Assembly: GCA_963816145.1 (NCBI GenBank)
Contig: CAWFJP010000029.1
Location: forward strand, 128,001-192,000
Reading direction: 5' to 3'
Source: an uncultured delta proteobacterium
Lineage (GTDB): Bacteria > Desulfobacterota > Binatia > UBA9968
DNA length: 64,000 nt
The notes below the pieces were generated by a model. The model was not told the origin of the DNA. It saw only the letters and a program-made list of their open reading frames with translations, and made no database searches. The position numbers and the translations under genes were made by a program. This document shows, piece after piece, positions 21,888 to 30,867 of this stretch (position 1 is its first letter; the number at the start of each line of letters is the position of its first letter).

Positions 21888-23132
21888 TTGACGATGGTAA
21901 ATCTGCCACAACCCACTATCACATTTCGCAGCCTCGGCGCGCTCTACGGTTGCACGTTTCTATCCGGCTCATGGGCGATGATTATTCCGACGATCCCCGT
22001 GTTGGCGCGTGATTTTGACGTGTCGGCGGGCGGCGCGGCGCAGGTGATTACAGCATTCGCCTTCGGCAAGATGACCGGTACAGTGATCGGCGGCATGTTG
22101 CTTGATCGCAAAGGCACGCGTTTCGGGTTGATCGGAGCTGCGGCCGTTGCGGCGAGCGCATCTTTTGCCGCGGTGTGGGTTTCGTGGTTTAGCTTGCTGA
22201 TCTTGGTCGGATTTATCTTGGGCGCGACCGACACGCTGGGCGCAGCGGCTCGCGAGATCGCCGCCATAGATCAGGCGGCCGCCAATCAGCGCGGTCGCAT
22301 CATCAGCAGTCTGCATGGCACTTATACCATCGGTGCGGCGTTGTGCCCATTTATCGGTGGCTGGCTGACCGAACGGTTTAGCTACAAAGCGGCGTTTTGC
22401 GCCTACGCTCTGTTCAGCCTAATTTCGATGCTGTTGGCCACGCTCGTGAGGAATTCGTCGGGTGAGATGCATCACCGATCCACTCGGGAGAGCGAAGCGA
22501 GAGGTTGGGGGCTGGGGGCGCTGAAAGACCGGATCGGCGGGCTTGCGACTCTCTACCGGGAAATTAGTCCGGATCTACGCTCGACCTATAGTACGATTGT
22601 TTTCGCCACCATGGTTAATCAATCGCAGCGCATCATTATCCAAAGCATGCTGCCGCTCTACGCTGTGCGTTATTTGCAATTGTCGCCGAGTCAAGTCGGT
22701 ATGCTGTTTACGATTTCCGGAATCGTCATATTTTCGATGATGATCCCGGCCGGATTCGTGATGGATCGAGTCGGGCGCAAGTGGTGCACGGTGCCAAGCA
22801 CGGCGGTTCCGGCGATCACTTTCGTTTTGATCCCGCTAACCCATAGCTTTCTCCAGCTGGCGATCCTGGTCGGTGTTTCCGGCGTCGCTCAAGGTTTGTC
22901 GCTTGGCTCACTCGCGACCTCCACGTACGATGTCGTCCCGGCCCATGTGCGCGGACGCCTGCAAGCGCTCCGTCGCACGGTGGCCGAGTTGGGCAGTGGA
23001 ATGGCGCCGTTGATCGGCGGCTTTTTAGCCAATACGTTTAACCCCGGCGTGCCGTTTTACACCTACGCGCCGTTGTTACTGTTGTCAGCGACATTACTCC
23101 TCGTGGTCAGCAAAGAAACTCTGGACAAGTAG
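21888..23132 (+). CDS. MFS transporter, tandem paralogue of 20529..21764
   Basis: Shares RSLGALYG, TVPST and DVVPAHxRGRLQA with its neighbour. Confidence 0.92.
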   Translation: MTMVNLPQPTITFRSLGALYGCTFLSGSWAMIIPTIPVLARDFDVSAGGAAQVITAFAFGKMTGTVIGGMLLDRKGTRFGLIGAAAVAASASFAAVWVSWFSLLILVGFILGATDTLGAAAREIAAIDQAAANQRGRIISSLHGTYTIGAALCPFIGGWLTERFSYKAAFCAYALFSLISMLLATLVRNSSGEMHHRSTRESEARGWGLGALKDRIGGLATLYREISPDLRSTYSTIVFATMVNQSQRIIIQSMLPLYAVRYLQLSPSQVGMLFTISGIVIFSMMIPAGFVMDRVGRKWCTVPSTAVPAITFVLIPLTHSFLQLAILVGVSGVAQGLSLGSLATSTYDVVPAHVRGRLQALRRTVAELGSGMAPLIGGFLANTFNPGVPFYTYAPLLLLSATLLLVVSKETLDK

Positions 23133-23159
23133 CGTTCCTGGTCATGAGAAAATCCCATC

Positions 23160-23239
23160 TCACCACGAAGGCACCAAGGACACGAAGGTTTTTGATGAAT
23201 AATGTTCCAGACTTCGCGCTCTTCGTGTCTTCGTGGTGA
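23160..23239. repeat. empty CACGAAG-triad inverted-repeat element
   Basis: TCACCACGAAGGCACCAAGGACACGAAG ... CTTCGCGCTCTTCGTGTCTTCGTGGTGA. Confidence 0.9.
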
Positions 23240-23455
23240 AGCGGAATTTTTGTGCCGTTGGCGGATGTCTTGCATTGTTTTGACAGCCCTGGGTAAACAA
23301 GTTATGCGAACGGTACGAGGTCGCTAAGGATGGATACCGCGGAATACGAACTCTCCGGCAAGAAGATGTCAACGACTTCGAGCCTTGGCCGGAGTCGCTG
23401 GTGACGAATAAATCGCTCCTGCCTTCAACACTTTGTCCGCTTAGAAAGGCTTCTT

Positions 23456-24217
23456 ATGAAACTGGCGACCTGGAACGTAAACTCACTGAAAGTTAGACTG
23501 CCCCATGTCTTGGAATTCCTCGACCGGCATAAACCCGATGCGCTGTGTTTGCAGGAGATCAAACTCGAAGATCCAAACTTTCCCAGCGCCGATTTCAACG
23601 CCGCGGGTTACCAGGCGGTGTTCTCCGGCCAGAAGACTTACAACGGCGTGGCGATCCTATCGCCGTCGGCCGCGGCCGAAGTAAGCGTCGGCATTCCCAG
23701 CCTCGGCGATCCGCAGAAGCGGGTAATCGCGGCGACCGTGAACGGCGTCAGAGTCATCTGCGTGTATGTCCCCAACGGCGAAGCCGTCGAGTCGGATAAG
23801 TACAAATATAAACTCGACTGGCTGATGGCGCTAACTGTCTGGTTGAAACATGAACTGGCGACCTATCCTAAACTCGCGCTGTTGGGCGACTACAATATCG
23901 CGCCGGAGGATCGGGATGTTTACGATCCCAAGGCCTGGGCCGGCAAAGTGCTGTTCAGCGACCCGGAAAAAGCCGCGTTCAAAGGTCTCGTCGCTCTCGG
24001 CATGACGGATAGCTTTCGCATGTTCGACCAAGCCGATAAGTCCTACAGCTGGTGGGACTACCGCATGAACGGCTTCAAGCGCAATCTCGGCCTGCGCATC
24101 GACCACATCCTACTCTCGCCGGAATTGGCGAAGAGCTGTAAGAGCTGCGCCATCGACAAAGACTTCCGCGCCAAAGAACGCCCTTCCGATCATGCCCCTG
24201 TCATTGCAGAGATTTAG
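23456..24217 (+). CDS. xth: exodeoxyribonuclease III
   Basis: MKLATWNVNS, LQEIK, QKTYNGVA, GDYNIAP, WWDYR, GLRIDH, SDHAP. Confidence 0.97.
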   Translation: MKLATWNVNSLKVRLPHVLEFLDRHKPDALCLQEIKLEDPNFPSADFNAAGYQAVFSGQKTYNGVAILSPSAAAEVSVGIPSLGDPQKRVIAATVNGVRVICVYVPNGEAVESDKYKYKLDWLMALTVWLKHELATYPKLALLGDYNIAPEDRDVYDPKAWAGKVLFSDPEKAAFKGLVALGMTDSFRMFDQADKSYSWWDYRMNGFKRNLGLRIDHILLSPELAKSCKSCAIDKDFRAKERPSDHAPVIAEI

Positions 24218-24270
24218 GAATCGGAGAGTTGAACGTAAAGAACGCAAAGTGAAGAAGTTCGGATCAGAGG

Positions 24271-24767
24271 ATTAACCGCAAAAAGCGCAAAGGGCGCAAA
24301 ATGGGAATGGCAGGGAGCAAATAGTTTCAAATACATCTAAGGAAGCGGTGTCGTAGACAGTGCGAACTTTCGGATCTGGAACTTGGGTGCTCCAAAATTG
24401 AGCAATAGCGCGTGCTGCAACCTTGCTGCTCGTAGGTAGCCAAAAACCTGAGCTTCATGTTCTGCGGCTAGAGACTTTGCTGCTTTTATCTCCAAAATCA
24501 AGAAGTCTTCTACCAGGATATCGACGAAATATTCTCCCAGCAGAGTCCCGTCCTGGTCCCAAACACTTAGAGGGTATTGCTGCTTAGTCTTTATGCCCGC
24601 TTTGATAAGACGATGGGCTAAAGCGTTTTCATAAATCTTCTCAAGGTGCCCATGGCGTAGGTAAACGTGGATCTCAAATGCTAATTGGCGAATCTTGTCA
24701 CAAAGTGCATTAATCTCCCTCTGGTTCATCGTCTTATTTTGCGCTCTTTGCGCCTTTTGCGGTTAAT
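24271..24767. mobile_element. GxxExxY gene cassette bounded by 32-bp inverted repeats
   Basis: 24271-24302 and 24736-24767 are reverse complements at 30/32 positions. Confidence 0.75.
24337..24729 (-). CDS. GxxExxY protein (PD-(D/E)XK nuclease-like)
   Basis: GHLEKIY; DILVE...ILEIKA; AQVFGYL; LLLNFG. Confidence 0.95.
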   Translation of the reverse strand: MNQREINALCDKIRQLAFEIHVYLRHGHLEKIYENALAHRLIKAGIKTKQQYPLSVWDQDGTLLGEYFVDILVEDFLILEIKAAKSLAAEHEAQVFGYLRAARLQHALLLNFGAPKFQIRKFALSTTPLP

Positions 24768-24783
24768 GCGTCTGACTTATCCC

Positions 24784-25905
24784 CTATTCGAAGCTATACA
24801 TTCGTGCGCAGTTGTCCCACAGCCATTTGCGTTTCATTTGATCGGTGAAGGGTTGCTTCAGGAACGTGTCGATGGCGTGGGGATATTTTACATCTAGGTG
24901 CGGGTAGTCGGTGGAGAAGACCATATTGTCTTCGAGGCCGTACTCAGGGATGTGTTTGGCGGTGACCTCGTCGCATTCGACGGCGCCGTAGCAATTGCGC
25001 TGGAAGTATTCCAGCGGTGTTAGTTTCAAGTCCGGATATTCCGCCACGCCAGTGGTTTCGGCATATTCGCCCATGCGCCATAAGAGCCAGGGCACCCAGG
25101 AGCAGTTGCCTTCCAGAAACGCCACTTTCAATCTGGGAAAGCGTTCCATCACGCCGCCGAAAATCATGTCGCCGCAGGCGAGCATATTCGCAAAGGGAAA
25201 GCCGAAGGTGTTGAACATAGAAAACGTCGAACAAATGTGAAAGAACGCCGGCTGCGGCAGATAAACCCGGCCGGCTTCGTGGAAGCCCACCGGCAAGTTC
25301 AACTTCTCGCACTCGGCCCAGAGCGGATCGTAATAGGGATCACTCCACTTTTTGTTATTGACGTGATTGGGCCGGATAAAGATGCCGCGGAAGCCATATT
25401 CTTTCACCGTGCGGCGGATCTCCTCGATGGCACCGCTGATGTCGTGGGGCGCGACCATGGCGATGCCGAACATGCGCTTGGAGTCGGCTTGGGCGAAGTC
25501 GTGCAGCCAATCGTTGTAAGCGCGGGCGATGGCGGTGGCGAAGTCGGGGTCCAGGCCGTCGATGCCCAGCACCGTCAACGCGCGGGTGGGAAACAGAAAG
25601 GCGATGTCGAGGCCTTCCTTGTCCATGGCCTGGAGTTGCGACACGCCGTCGAAGTTGCGCTTGCCGGCTTCGCCGTATTTCTCGTCGAAGAAGTCTTGGC
25701 GGTATTTCGCCAGGGCTGGATTTTCCGGCTTGCGCGGAATCGGCAACACTTTGCCTTCGACCTCAATGCCGAGATCGCGAAAGGCGCGGTTCAAGCCCTT
25801 GGGCGCGCGGTCGAGATATTTCCTATCGATGTAGCGTTGCCACAGATCCGCGGGCTCGAAGACATGCATGTCGGAGTCCATCGCTTTGAAACCATTCTTG
25901 GCCAT
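24784..25905 (-). CDS. amidohydrolase_2 family protein
   Basis: DSDMH, GFHE, FSTDYPH. Confidence 0.93.
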   Translation of the reverse strand: MAKNGFKAMDSDMHVFEPADLWQRYIDRKYLDRAPKGLNRAFRDLGIEVEGKVLPIPRKPENPALAKYRQDFFDEKYGEAGKRNFDGVSQLQAMDKEGLDIAFLFPTRALTVLGIDGLDPDFATAIARAYNDWLHDFAQADSKRMFGIAMVAPHDISGAIEEIRRTVKEYGFRGIFIRPNHVNNKKWSDPYYDPLWAECEKLNLPVGFHEAGRVYLPQPAFFHICSTFSMFNTFGFPFANMLACGDMIFGGVMERFPRLKVAFLEGNCSWVPWLLWRMGEYAETTGVAEYPDLKLTPLEYFQRNCYGAVECDEVTAKHIPEYGLEDNMVFSTDYPHLDVKYPHAIDTFLKQPFTDQMKRKWLWDNCARMYSFE

Positions 25906-25973
25906 TAACTTCTCCCTATTAGATCCTGTTTTAAGTTTCTATGTGGATATTGTGTCGGGTTCGGCTGGTCTAT

Positions 25974-26054
25974 TCACCACGAAGCGCACGAAGGACACGA
26001 AGGTCTCGAAAACGTAGTCTCCGAACTTCGTGCTCTGCGTGTCCTTCGTGGTGA
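25974..26054. repeat. empty CACGAAG-triad inverted-repeat element
   Basis: TCACCACGAAGCGCACGAAGGACACGAAG ... CTTCGTGCTCTGCGTGTCCTTCGTGGTGA. Confidence 0.9.
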
Positions 26055-26085
26055 GAAGTTCTTCACGGTAAACCTAGAAATTCCA

Positions 26086-27162
26086 TCATTGCACCGGCGA
26101 CAAATATTTCAGTTCTTCTTTCATCTTGGGCGAGAGCGAAAGCACTTCGTCAACCCATTTTTCGCTCTCCTCGCCGGAAACATAGGTGATGTCGAGTTTT
26201 AGCTTATTTGCCTGGGCAAGGAAATCGCCGTCGGCCAAAGTTGATTTAAAGGCGCGCCGCAAGATTTCCAAGCGCTCTCTTGGCGTGTTCGGTGCGATGG
26301 TAAATGGTCGCGAGTACTCCATCTGCGCCATGTAGGCGCGATAGGCGCGCAGGTGGTTTTCGTCCTTGATCGCCTCGCTGACCAACGTCACGCCCTTGGC
26401 CTCGGGTTCGGGCACGCGGGCGTGGAGAATGAACGGAATCAGCCGGTCGTCGCCCTTAGCGTCGAGCAAATCTTTTTGCGTCGCCAAGATCGAATCCCAG
26501 TTGGTGCAATGACCGTCGACCTCGCGGCGCTGCAAAGCGATTTTTATTTGTGCCGTGCCCTGGTAGCCCGACACCACGGTAAATTTGCTGCCGAGACTCT
26601 TGTTCAACAACAGCGGCATGTCGATGCTATGCGAGCCGGGCCCGGTGCCGCCCATGCGCAAAGGTTTGCCGGATTTGACGATCTCGTCCATGGTCTTGGG
26701 CCCGGCGAAACCCATGATCAAACAAACCGGCACGCTCTTGCTTGGCGCGCCCAACCAACCGAACTTGCGCGCGTCGAACTTGACGTTGCGGTCACCCATG
26801 GCCTGATTGAACACTAGCGCACTGTTCCACATGGCGATGGTCAAACCGTCCGGTTTGGCAGTGTTGAAAAGATAATTCGCCGCCACCAGGCTGCCGGCGC
26901 CGGTCATGTTGTCGACGACGGTGGTCGGGTCGCCGGGAATGTATTTGCCGATGTAGCGCGCAATGGTGCGGCCGTAGGTGTCGTAGCCGCCGCCGGCCGC
27001 CTGACCGACGATGAAGCGAATGGTTTTGTCTTTGTAGAAATCTTGAGCGAATACCGGCTTATGACTTGTGTGCAGCAGGAAAGCCCCAAGCATAATCACA
27101 ACCAAAAATACCGCTTGTGCTGAAACGTCGCTTTTCAACCCGAGCTTTCCAGGTATCATCAA
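26086..27162 (-). CDS. tripartite tricarboxylate transporter substrate-binding protein (Bug/TctC-like)
   Basis: FYKDKTIRFIVG..AGGGYD, NMTGAG, KPDGLT. Confidence 0.9.
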   Translation of the reverse strand: MMIPGKLGLKSDVSAQAVFLVVIMLGAFLLHTSHKPVFAQDFYKDKTIRFIVGQAAGGGYDTYGRTIARYIGKYIPGDPTTVVDNMTGAGSLVAANYLFNTAKPDGLTIAMWNSALVFNQAMGDRNVKFDARKFGWLGAPSKSVPVCLIMGFAGPKTMDEIVKSGKPLRMGGTGPGSHSIDMPLLLNKSLGSKFTVVSGYQGTAQIKIALQRREVDGHCTNWDSILATQKDLLDAKGDDRLIPFILHARVPEPEAKGVTLVSEAIKDENHLRAYRAYMAQMEYSRPFTIAPNTPRERLEILRRAFKSTLADGDFLAQANKLKLDITYVSGEESEKWVDEVLSLSPKMKEELKYLSPVQ

Positions 27163-27523
27163 TGACCTCCATAACCGGGTCGCTATCCCGCGCGCGTCAT
27201 GAAATTCCTAAGCGAAAGATTCGGCATGATAGTTCAATCTGTTGTCACGCGAACTGGGGACAAAAAATGATCTCAAGGCTTCACTGCGATCGAGACTAGC
27301 TGAAAAGGAATGGCGATTTCAATGTCAAACTTAAACGTCACTCATTGGCAGGAGATGGATGTGTAAACCTGGTCACAACCGCCGTGGCGAAGTAGCGACT
27401 TCTATTGCCCTGAAAGTTTTAATCTGGGCGCATTCTTGTGGCATCGCCTGCCATCGTTTAGTCTTAAAGTTAAAGATTCTGAGATGCGGTTTCTTTGAAT
27501 GCCGCCGTCGGAAAGGGTTAACC

Positions 27524-28183
27524 ATGAAAGCAAGACTTGTTTCGTTTACTGCGGTTGTTCTTGCTCTGTTATTTGCGGCTTCCGCTGCCCATGCCACGAT
27601 GCAGGACGATGTCGACCGGGCATTGTCGATCTTGCAACGTTTCGAGGAGATACCCGAGACCGCGATCCCCCCGGCCGTCATGCGCGATGCCAAGGGTGTG
27701 GCGATTTTCACCATAACCAAAGCCGGCTTTGTTGTCAGCGGCAGAGGCGGAACCGGGGTTGTCCTGGCGCGCACTGAAAAGGGTTGGAGCGCTCCCTCGG
27801 CAATCGGCACCGGGGGCATCGGAGTCGGCTTTCAAGCCGGAGTGCAGGTCTCCGAGTGCGTGATTATTCTCAATACCCCGGAGGCGGTGAAAGCTTTCAC
27901 GCAAGGCAGCAATTTCACTCTTGGGGCTAACTTGAGCGCCGCGGTTGGCCCAGTTGGCCGTTCCGCCGAGGCGGCCGTAACACCCTATGCTGCGGTCTAT
28001 ACCTACAGTCGCAGTCAAGGAATCTTCGCTGGGGTTTCGTTGGAGGGTGCGGTGCTTGCGACCCGCTACGAAGCCAATGAGGAGTACTACAACAAACCGG
28101 TTTACACGGCCGATATTCTCGAGGGCAAAGTAACGCCGCCTGCAGGTGCGCAGAAACTACTGGATGCTCTGACGAAATACTAA
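27524..28183 (+). CDS. SYLF/Ysc84 lipid-binding domain protein
   Basis: Signal peptide; KAGFVVSGRGGTG, GWSAPS, YSRSQGIFAGVSLEG. Confidence 0.92.
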   Translation: MKARLVSFTAVVLALLFAASAAHATMQDDVDRALSILQRFEEIPETAIPPAVMRDAKGVAIFTITKAGFVVSGRGGTGVVLARTEKGWSAPSAIGTGGIGVGFQAGVQVSECVIILNTPEAVKAFTQGSNFTLGANLSAAVGPVGRSAEAAVTPYAAVYTYSRSQGIFAGVSLEGAVLATRYEANEEYYNKPVYTADILEGKVTPPAGAQKLLDALTKY

Positions 28184-28351
28184 CCATCCTTAGATGGTGG
28201 ACGTTATCGGCGAAAAAATCGGCTCACCGTTAAGCTAATGCCGCCCGCGAGACGCGCCGCCTTGAGGTTTTGTTTCGACCCTCGATCCAAACGACGTTCT
28301 TCCCACCCCAAGCCTGCACCGGCGTAACTGCGGCAACTTGCCGCGGTTACG

Positions 28352-28861
28352 CTACTTCAGCTTGTCGGGAAACTGCACGTAAGGCTGTGGTGGAGCCTTG
28401 TCGGGCGGCACGAACTTCGGTGCCGGGCTGCCGGCAGGGCCGAGCGAGCGGATGTACTTATACATCGCGCGCACATCGGGCTCCGCCATCTGATTCAATG
28501 AGTAATACGGCATCGGCGGACGTCGCTGAATCTCTCTCGCAACCTGTACCCATTGGTCTTCTGTGATCTCTTGAAAATAAAGACGTAGGTTAGCTGGATA
28601 GGTCGTCCCCCAAGGTCCACGCCAGCCCATCAAGCCACCTGTCAGCCAATCCTTTTGCGGAGTTTTGCTGCCGTTCACTAGGAACCCCGGTGTATGGCAA
28701 TCGTTGCATCCGGAAATAGCAACGAGATAACGGCCGCGCTCGATGTCCGGCTGGGAAGCGGGTTTGGCGGTTGGTTTTGTCGGAGTTTCGCCAGCGATCG
28801 CCGAAAAAGAGAGCGCAAACCAGGCGAGTGCAACAACGGCCCGAAAGATATTACTTCCCAT
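28352..28861 (-). CDS. monohaem cytochrome c
   Basis: Signal peptide; RGRYLV..GCNDCHTP; GPWGTTYPANL. Confidence 0.92.
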   Translation of the reverse strand: MGSNIFRAVVALAWFALSFSAIAGETPTKPTAKPASQPDIERGRYLVAISGCNDCHTPGFLVNGSKTPQKDWLTGGLMGWRGPWGTTYPANLRLYFQEITEDQWVQVAREIQRRPPMPYYSLNQMAEPDVRAMYKYIRSLGPAGSPAPKFVPPDKAPPQPYVQFPDKLK

Positions 28862-29124
28862 ATATGCCTCCGTTGATATTGCGACCCTGTTAGCCGCTCG
28901 GGTAATTCTAAAATACCCAAAAAGGTTTTAGCGCGATTGCTGTGAGCTTGTCCAATGCTAATTTGATTGAGCCTTTTCCGACGTTTCTTGTAAAATCGTC
29001 CAATACTAGACAGACCGTCTTTACGGCGTCGGTCTACTATGTTGTTCACGCGTCACGATGGAGCATGCCTGGCGGATAGTGGGTCATGGTATTGACCATT
29101 CGGGGATGATAGAAAGTCCTGTAC

Positions 29125-29400
29125 ATGTCCCAATACAAAAATCATCCTATTTACGGGATCGGAGTCCGTGGTGCCGGGAAAGAGTGGCATTGCCGGGGTC
29201 TGATTTTCGACCAAGATGACAAAGTGACCCAAATCATGAAACTGGAGCATGCCGAATTGACCTTCAAAACTGTCGCCAAGGCTGAGGCGCATGCGCTCCA
29301 GCTGTGTAAAACCTGGATCGACGAACAGGGAGGTGACGTTGACTCAAGCGGTCCGAGAGTCTCGGCGCCTCCGAAAGTCCTAGCTCCCGTGATCGCCTGA
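29125..29400 (+). CDS. hypothetical protein
   Basis: Clean 91-aa ORF in an intergenic gap. Confidence 0.65.
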   Translation: MSQYKNHPIYGIGVRGAGKEWHCRGLIFDQDDKVTQIMKLEHAELTFKTVAKAEAHALQLCKTWIDEQGGDVDSSGPRVSAPPKVLAPVIA

Positions 29401-29426
29401 GCTATAGCGTCGATCCCCGTCGGTCT

Positions 29427-29630
29427 TTCAATCTCTGCGGGTCGATTCTCCGCAGCTTGCTGCGTGCCCTAATTCGCATTCTCAATTCCGTCATTCCCAC
29501 ATGTTTTACGCGGGAATCCAGGCGAATCAGGATCTGGACCCCCGACAAAAACATTCGGGGGTGACGAGATACGGAATCGTTCGCAGGCTGGGCTTTCGAT
29601 ACCGCGCAGCTTGCTGCTGGGTAGTTCATT
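29427..29630 (+). mobile_element. non-autonomous element with IS200/IS605-like ends and an internal REP pair
   Basis: Subterminal hairpins GCAGCTTGCTGC at both ends; ends with GGTAGTTCAT; internal GTCATTCCC...GGGAATCC and GGACCCCCG...CGGGGGTGAC. Confidence 0.65.
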
Positions 29631-29747
29631 TTACTTCCCCTTTCATCACCGGACGTATCCCGATTTGCCCCGAAGTCGGATATTCCTGCAGAATGGATAT
29701 ACCGTCAAAAATCGTTGTGCTCGTTGTGCTGCGTGACCAGAAGCTGA

Positions 29748-29775
29748 TTGACAGTGCTGCGTCATAAAGTATAGC
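29748..29775 (+). promoter_or_regulatory. putative sigma70 promoter
   Basis: TTGACA-N16-TATAGC upstream of the SBP gene. Confidence 0.45.
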
Positions 29776-29804
29776 TAAGTCGTTGAATGGTTGAGGAGAT
29801 TGGC

Positions 29805-30791
29805 ATGAAAATTAAGTTCGTCGGCGTCTTCGTTCTGTTGTTCTGGATCGGCTTGTTGAGCGGTCGCTCGCACGCCAAGGATCGGCTGGTGATCGGCTAT
29901 ACGGCGATCACGGGGATCAAGGCTGGGTTGTGGGTGGCGGAAGACGCCGGGATTTTCGAGACGCATAATATTCAGGCCGAGCTGCTGTTGGTCACTTCGG
30001 CGTCGAAGATGGTGCAGGCGATGCTCGGCGGTGACGTGCCGTTCGCCGCGGCGGGTGGCAATGCCGCAGTTGATGCCAACCTCTCCGGCGCGGACATGGT
30101 GATGCTCGGCGTGCTCGCCAAAGTGCCAGCCTTTTACATCATGGCGATGCCGGAGATCAAAACTATCGAAGATCTGCGCGGCAAGCCGGTGGGGGTGACG
30201 CGCTTCGGGTCGTCCACCGACTTCACCATGCGTTACTTGCTGCGCAAGCATGGCATGAATCCCGACCGCGACGTGACCATGATCCAGGCGGGCGATTTGA
30301 ACGCGGCGGCGGCGATGCTCAAGACCAAGGCGATCTTTGCGGCGCCGTTCTCAAGCCCGGCCAATCTGCGAGCCCAGGAAGCGGGCGCGCGCTCGCTGCT
30401 CAACATGGGCACCGCCGGCGTCTATTTTCCGCATGACGCCTTGATGGCGCGCCGCACGTTCATCAATAGCAATGAAGATTTTGTCCGCCGGGCGACCCGT
30501 GCGTATTCGGAGGGAGTGCATCGTCTGTTCACCGATCCGGCGGCGGGCAAGCGGGCGGTGCGCAAGTATGCGCGCACGAGCGATCCAAAAATCGTCGATG
30601 CGGTGTATCAGTACGCGATCGATTATATAGAAAAGATTCCCTACAACTCGCGTGAGGCGGTGCAGGAAGTTTTGAACCAGTCGGCGCTGCGCAATCCCAA
30701 AGCGAAGGAAGCCAAGCCTGAGAGTTTCTACGATGACAAGTACATCCGCGAATTGGACAGCCAGGGGTTTTATAAGCAGTTGTGGAAATAA
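29805..30791 (+). CDS. ABC substrate-binding protein (NMT1/SsuA-like)
   Basis: Signal peptide; DLRGKPVGVTRFGSSTD. Confidence 0.92.
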   Translation: MKIKFVGVFVLLFWIGLLSGRSHAKDRLVIGYTAITGIKAGLWVAEDAGIFETHNIQAELLLVTSASKMVQAMLGGDVPFAAAGGNAAVDANLSGADMVMLGVLAKVPAFYIMAMPEIKTIEDLRGKPVGVTRFGSSTDFTMRYLLRKHGMNPDRDVTMIQAGDLNAAAAMLKTKAIFAAPFSSPANLRAQEAGARSLLNMGTAGVYFPHDALMARRTFINSNEDFVRRATRAYSEGVHRLFTDPAAGKRAVRKYARTSDPKIVDAVYQYAIDYIEKIPYNSREAVQEVLNQSALRNPKAKEAKPESFYDDKYIRELDSQGFYKQLWK

Positions 30792-30867
30792 TTGATAATG
30801 GATAATGGAGAATTGAAAATTGGCGGAGTGGCTTTGCGATCGGCGATGACCTAGTCGTAGGAGGAGG

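Noticed and set aside
15335-23132. LLM, M20 and MFS genes as part of the NRPS cluster
   Set aside because: Separated by a convergent gene and host-like in composition; the link cannot be supported from sequence alone.
29402-29767. Small ORFs over repeat elements (also 41438..41734, 54471..54764, 23063..23275)
   Set aside because: They are translations of REP/MITE sequence (e.g. MNYPAAS, WIPAFAGMT).
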